Origin: an uncultured Terracidiphilus sp.
GTDB taxonomy: Bacteria; Acidobacteriota; Terriglobia; Terriglobales; Acidobacteriaceae
Direction: 5' to 3'
Length of the DNA: 64,000 nt
NCBI GenBank assembly: GCA_964445025.1
Contig: CAYUJM010000003.1
Location: 5,475-69,474, forward strand
Numbering within the stretch: the stretch's first letter is position 1; each line of letters opens with the position of its first letter. A model generated the notes under the pieces. It had not been told where the DNA came from. It was given only the letters and a program-made list of their open reading frames with translations, and ran no database searches. This document shows positions 61,741-64,000 of the stretch, piece after piece. Position numbers and translations under genes: made by a program.

Positions 61741-61753
61741 GGGCCAGAGACCA

Positions 61754-62200
61754 CTAGACGTCACTTCGGGCGTTGTTCGAATCGAATCTGCGCCAATACT
61801 CCTCCGGCGATTCGATGACGAAATTTGTCTGCCCAGCCAGCGCCAGAACATCCCTGTCGCCTGTGACCAGCAAGTCAGCCGCCCCGCAATGCGCCAGGTC
61901 TAGCAAATGTTGGTCCTTCGCTTCGCGGCACTCAATGGGGCATTTTTCGGCTGAATAGATGCTCTCGCAGTAGGGAATGTATAACGCCAGCACCTCCATG
62001 CGGTGCCGCTCGGTCAGCCGGAACTTGGAATACCCAAGAACGCGCGTCAGCTCCCGCGCCGATGCCGAGGAGATCAACGGCGCAGCGCCACCCTCCCGCC
62101 AGTGCTGACGGAGCCACGCCAGGCGACCTTTGGGAAACACCAGCGCAGTGAGAACCATATTGGTGTCAAACACCACACGGCGCGTGGATTGCGCGCTCAC
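61754..62200 (-). CDS. PIN-domain toxin (TIGR00305-like putative toxin component)
   Basis: VVFDTNMVLTALVFP ... DQHLLDLAHCGAADLLVTGDRDVL. The GTG start overlaps the antitoxin stop (GTGA). Confidence 0.8.
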   Translation of the reverse strand: MSAQSTRRVVFDTNMVLTALVFPKGRLAWLRQHWREGGAAPLISSASARELTRVLGYSKFRLTERHRMEVLALYIPYCESIYSAEKCPIECREAKDQHLLDLAHCGAADLLVTGDRDVLALAGQTNFVIESPEEYWRRFDSNNARSDV

Positions 62201-62421
62201 TCGATCTCGCGGGCCCAGCGAACGGCGTCGCTCACGTCCTGCTCGGTAATGCCTAGCTTCTCCAGATGTGCCCAGACTTCTTCTATCCGGCTCGGCCGCA
62301 GCGGCTTGAGCATAATTGCGGATCCATCGGTGCTTACGTCGAAGTACTCGACGCCTGCGAACTGGGTAGCAACCGCCTTGGGCAGCGTGAGCTGATTCTT
62401 CACCGTCAATTTTGCCAGCAT
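62197..62421 (-). CDS. AbrB/MazE/SpoVT-family antitoxin
   Basis: ATG 62419-62421. MLAKLTVKNQLTLPKAV is the swapped-hairpin AbrB-type N-terminus. 74 aa. Confidence 0.75.
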   Translation of the reverse strand: MLAKLTVKNQLTLPKAVATQFAGVEYFDVSTDGSAIMLKPLRPSRIEEVWAHLEKLGITEQDVSDAVRWAREIE

Positions 62422-62529
62422 AGTGTCCTCAAGGAAATAAGGAAACAAGGAAAAAAGGAAATCTTACTACAATTTGCCGACCCCTGAGCCGAGACCGCTT
62501 AAATTGGTCAGGTCTGCCTCAAAAATCCC

Positions 62530-62557
62530 TTGACATATTCCCATATAAGTATGTAAT
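62530..62557 (+). promoter_or_regulatory. promoter of the ArsR operon (very short or absent leader)
   Basis: TTGACA (62530-62535), 16-nt spacer, TGTAAT (62552-62557). The ATG at 62567 is only 9 nt past the -10. The inverted repeats ACATA...TATGT and CATAtaagTATG overlap the spacer. Confidence 0.45.
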
Positions 62558-62566
62558 GTTTCCGAT

Positions 62567-62953
62567 ATGCCAAGAGCCGCCACCACCTCCGACGCTTTCA
62601 ACGCCGTAGCCGAGCCCCGCCGCCGCGAGATCCTGAGCTATCTGGCGCTGCGGGAGCGCCCGGTGGGCGACATTGTGGCGAACCTGAGCATCGATCAGCC
62701 TTCCGTCTCGAAGCATCTGCGCGTGCTGCGCTGCGTCGGCCTGGTGCACATGCGCTGCGATGGGCGCCACAAGTTCTACCGGACCAATGCCGAAGCCATC
62801 CGCCCGCTGCACGAGTGGGCCGGCACCTTCGAGCGCTATTGGCAGCACCAGTTGCTCAACGTCAAAAAGCGCGCCGAGGAAAAAATGAGCCAGTTGAATT
62901 CAAGCATCAACCCGGTCGACCCCGCCGCAACCAGCGAAAAGGAGAAAGCATGA
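62567..62953 (+). CDS. ArsR/SmtB-family transcriptional regulator
   Basis: FNAVAEPRRREILSYLALRERPVGDIVANLSIDQPSVSKHLRVLRCVGLV is the wHTH signature. Confidence 0.88.
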   Translation: MPRAATTSDAFNAVAEPRRREILSYLALRERPVGDIVANLSIDQPSVSKHLRVLRCVGLVHMRCDGRHKFYRTNAEAIRPLHEWAGTFERYWQHQLLNVKKRAEEKMSQLNSSINPVDPAATSEKEKA

Positions 62954-63399
62954 TTCAGACAGCCATGAGCATTGAAAACCTGACCCTGAACATCACCAGG
63001 GAGGTCCACGTCAACGCGTCTCTCGATGTAACTTTTGATGCGCTGCTCGAACAGATCGGCCCGGCCAACGAGCGGGACGACGGCATCCCCATGCCCATGA
63101 AGCTCGAGCCCTGGCCGGGCGGAAGATGGTACCGCGACCTGGGCGATAACAACGGCCATCTCTGGGCTCACGTGCAGGCCATCAAGCGGCCAACGCTGCT
63201 TGAATTTACCGGACCGCTGTTTGCGTCGTATCCTTTCATCTCCAACGTGCAATACAGGCTGACGGCGGTGGACGGCGCAACGAAGATCGCATTCCGGCAC
63301 ACGGCGCTGGGATTCATTCAGGACGATCACAGAGAAGGTGTCGGCAAGGGCTGGGCTTCGATCTTGGATCGTATCCGCAAGGCCGCGGAAGCTAGGTAA
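62950..63399 (+). CDS. SRPBCC-superfamily protein (Aha1/AHSA1-like domain)
   Basis: The ATG at 62950 overlaps the ArsR stop (ATGA). 149 aa with WPGGRWY...LW..V ... F.H blocks typical of AHSA1-type SRPBCC proteins, which are commonly paired with ArsR. Confidence 0.78.
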   Translation: MIQTAMSIENLTLNITREVHVNASLDVTFDALLEQIGPANERDDGIPMPMKLEPWPGGRWYRDLGDNNGHLWAHVQAIKRPTLLEFTGPLFASYPFISNVQYRLTAVDGATKIAFRHTALGFIQDDHREGVGKGWASILDRIRKAAEAR

Positions 63400-63450
63400 C
63401 ATTAAGGCGCTACCCCCATTGGGCGCCATCGCACAGGATTGGAGGTCGCT

Positions 63451-63606
63451 ATGTGTCCCTTTTGCCTGGCTACCGCGGCGTGGATCGCGGCGGCTGCTGT
63501 GTCAACCGGTGGCGTGACCGCACTGGTCATCAAAAGAGCCCAAATCGGCAATGCCGCGAACACCATCTCCTCAAATTCCCCAACCAAGGAGGATCACCAT
63601 GGCTAG
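63451..63606 (+). CDS. 51-aa putative membrane peptide with an N-terminal CPFC motif
   Basis: GGAGG (63441-63445) lies before the ATG at 63451. MCPFCLATAAWIAAAAVSTGGVTALVIKRAQ... has one hydrophobic helix. It overlaps the next gene's start by 8 nt and is below the track's length cutoff. Confidence 0.4.
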   Translation: MCPFCLATAAWIAAAAVSTGGVTALVIKRAQIGNAANTISSNSPTKEDHHG

Positions 63607-64000
63607 CAGCACCGTAGAACTCGAACATGCGAAAGTTGCCTCACATGCTGAGTGGCTCGCAGCCCGCAAGGAGCTGTTGGCCAAGGAAAAGGAATTCACG
63701 CGGCTGCGCGATGAGCTGAGCCGTCAGCGCCGCGAACTGCCCTGGGAGAAAGTCGAAAAGCCGTACGTTTTCGACGGGCCTAAGGGCAGGGAAACGCTGG
63801 CCGACCTGTTTGATGGGCGCAGCCAGCTTGTCATCTATCACTTCATGCTCGGCCCCGGATGGGCCGCAGGCTGCCCGAGCTGCTCCTACCTGGCCGATCA
63901 CTTCGATGGCCCCTCTATCCACCTGGCCAATCGCGACGTAACCCTCGCGGTCATTTCGCGCGCGCCCTTCGCGGAGATTGAGGCCTTCAAAAAGCGCATG
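63599..64000 (+). CDS. DUF899 (thioredoxin-like) domain protein, 3'-truncated by the window edge
   Basis: AAGGAGGA lies before the ATG at 63599. It translates to MASSTVELEHAKVASHAEWLAARKELLAKEKEFTRLRDELSRQRRELPWEKVEKPYVFDGPKGRETLADLFDGRSQLVIYHFM...GCPSCS, the typical DUF899 N-terminal pattern. The frame is open to the window end. Confidence 0.8.
   Translation, partial: MASSTVELEHAKVASHAEWLAARKELLAKEKEFTRLRDELSRQRRELPWEKVEKPYVFDGPKGRETLADLFDGRSQLVIYHFMLGPGWAAGCPSCSYLADHFDGPSIHLANRDVTLAVISRAPFAEIEAFKKRM

Noticed and set aside
60238-61851. 537-aa minus-strand ORF
   Set aside because: Antisense to the 3' end of the ADOP permease and the whole YhaM-like gene (which has clear HD motifs). It is a GC-frame artefact.
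1-64000. Scan for CRISPR arrays, rRNA, transposases, integrases and phage genes
   Set aside because: I saw no regularly spaced direct repeats, no rRNA-like conserved segments, and no DDE or tyrosine-recombinase-like translations. The only repeats are the short motifs reported above.

Overview
GC-rich chromosomal segment. It looks acidobacterial, judged only from families I recognise in the translations: secreted TIGR03436-like VWA proteins, an ADOP-type MacB permease, a CarboxypepD_reg-type TonB-dependent receptor, and CRTAC1/ASPIC-UnbV proteins. No search was run. I call about 50 protein genes, one tRNA-Ala(CGC), and several promoters, terminators and operator-like sites. I recognised no rRNA, CRISPR array, transposase or integrase. 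Housekeeping genes: DAHP synthase, hrcA-grpE-dnaJ (no dnaK), an rpoZ-like gene, rho, comM, sdaA, rsmE, an aquaglyceroporin, an asparaginase-type Ntn hydrolase, an S41 protease and a SurA-like PPIase. Accessory content: three tandem secreted VWA paralogs (3.4-8.0 kb), two PIN-type toxin-antitoxin pairs, a HAD-UbiA fusion, and an ArsR-SRPBCC-small CxxC peptide-DUF899 operon. The best candidate for an undescribed system is a ~27 kb carbohydrate-type locus (30.8-58.0 kb). It contains two GH38 alpha-mannosidases, a beta-propeller/TPR protein with a CXXCH motif, a TPR-aspartyl protease, three tandem CRTAC1-family proteins, a TonB-dependent receptor, two TPR proteins, a LacI regulator and a ROK kinase. 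Its transcription units are linked by a recurring CG-centred palindrome, TGGWATCGWTWCCA, placed at promoters; this includes an exact 17-mer found at two sites. Other points worth a second look: a 29-aa Lys/Ala-rich ORF with a strong promoter and terminator; a 73-nt tract with nine GGA motifs downstream of comM; a gene-poor ~0.9 kb segment with orphan promoter and terminator signals; and a C-rich, G-poor rho leader. Many long ORFs in the track are antisense artefacts of GC-rich coding DNA and were rejected. All family assignments come from visual motif recognition.
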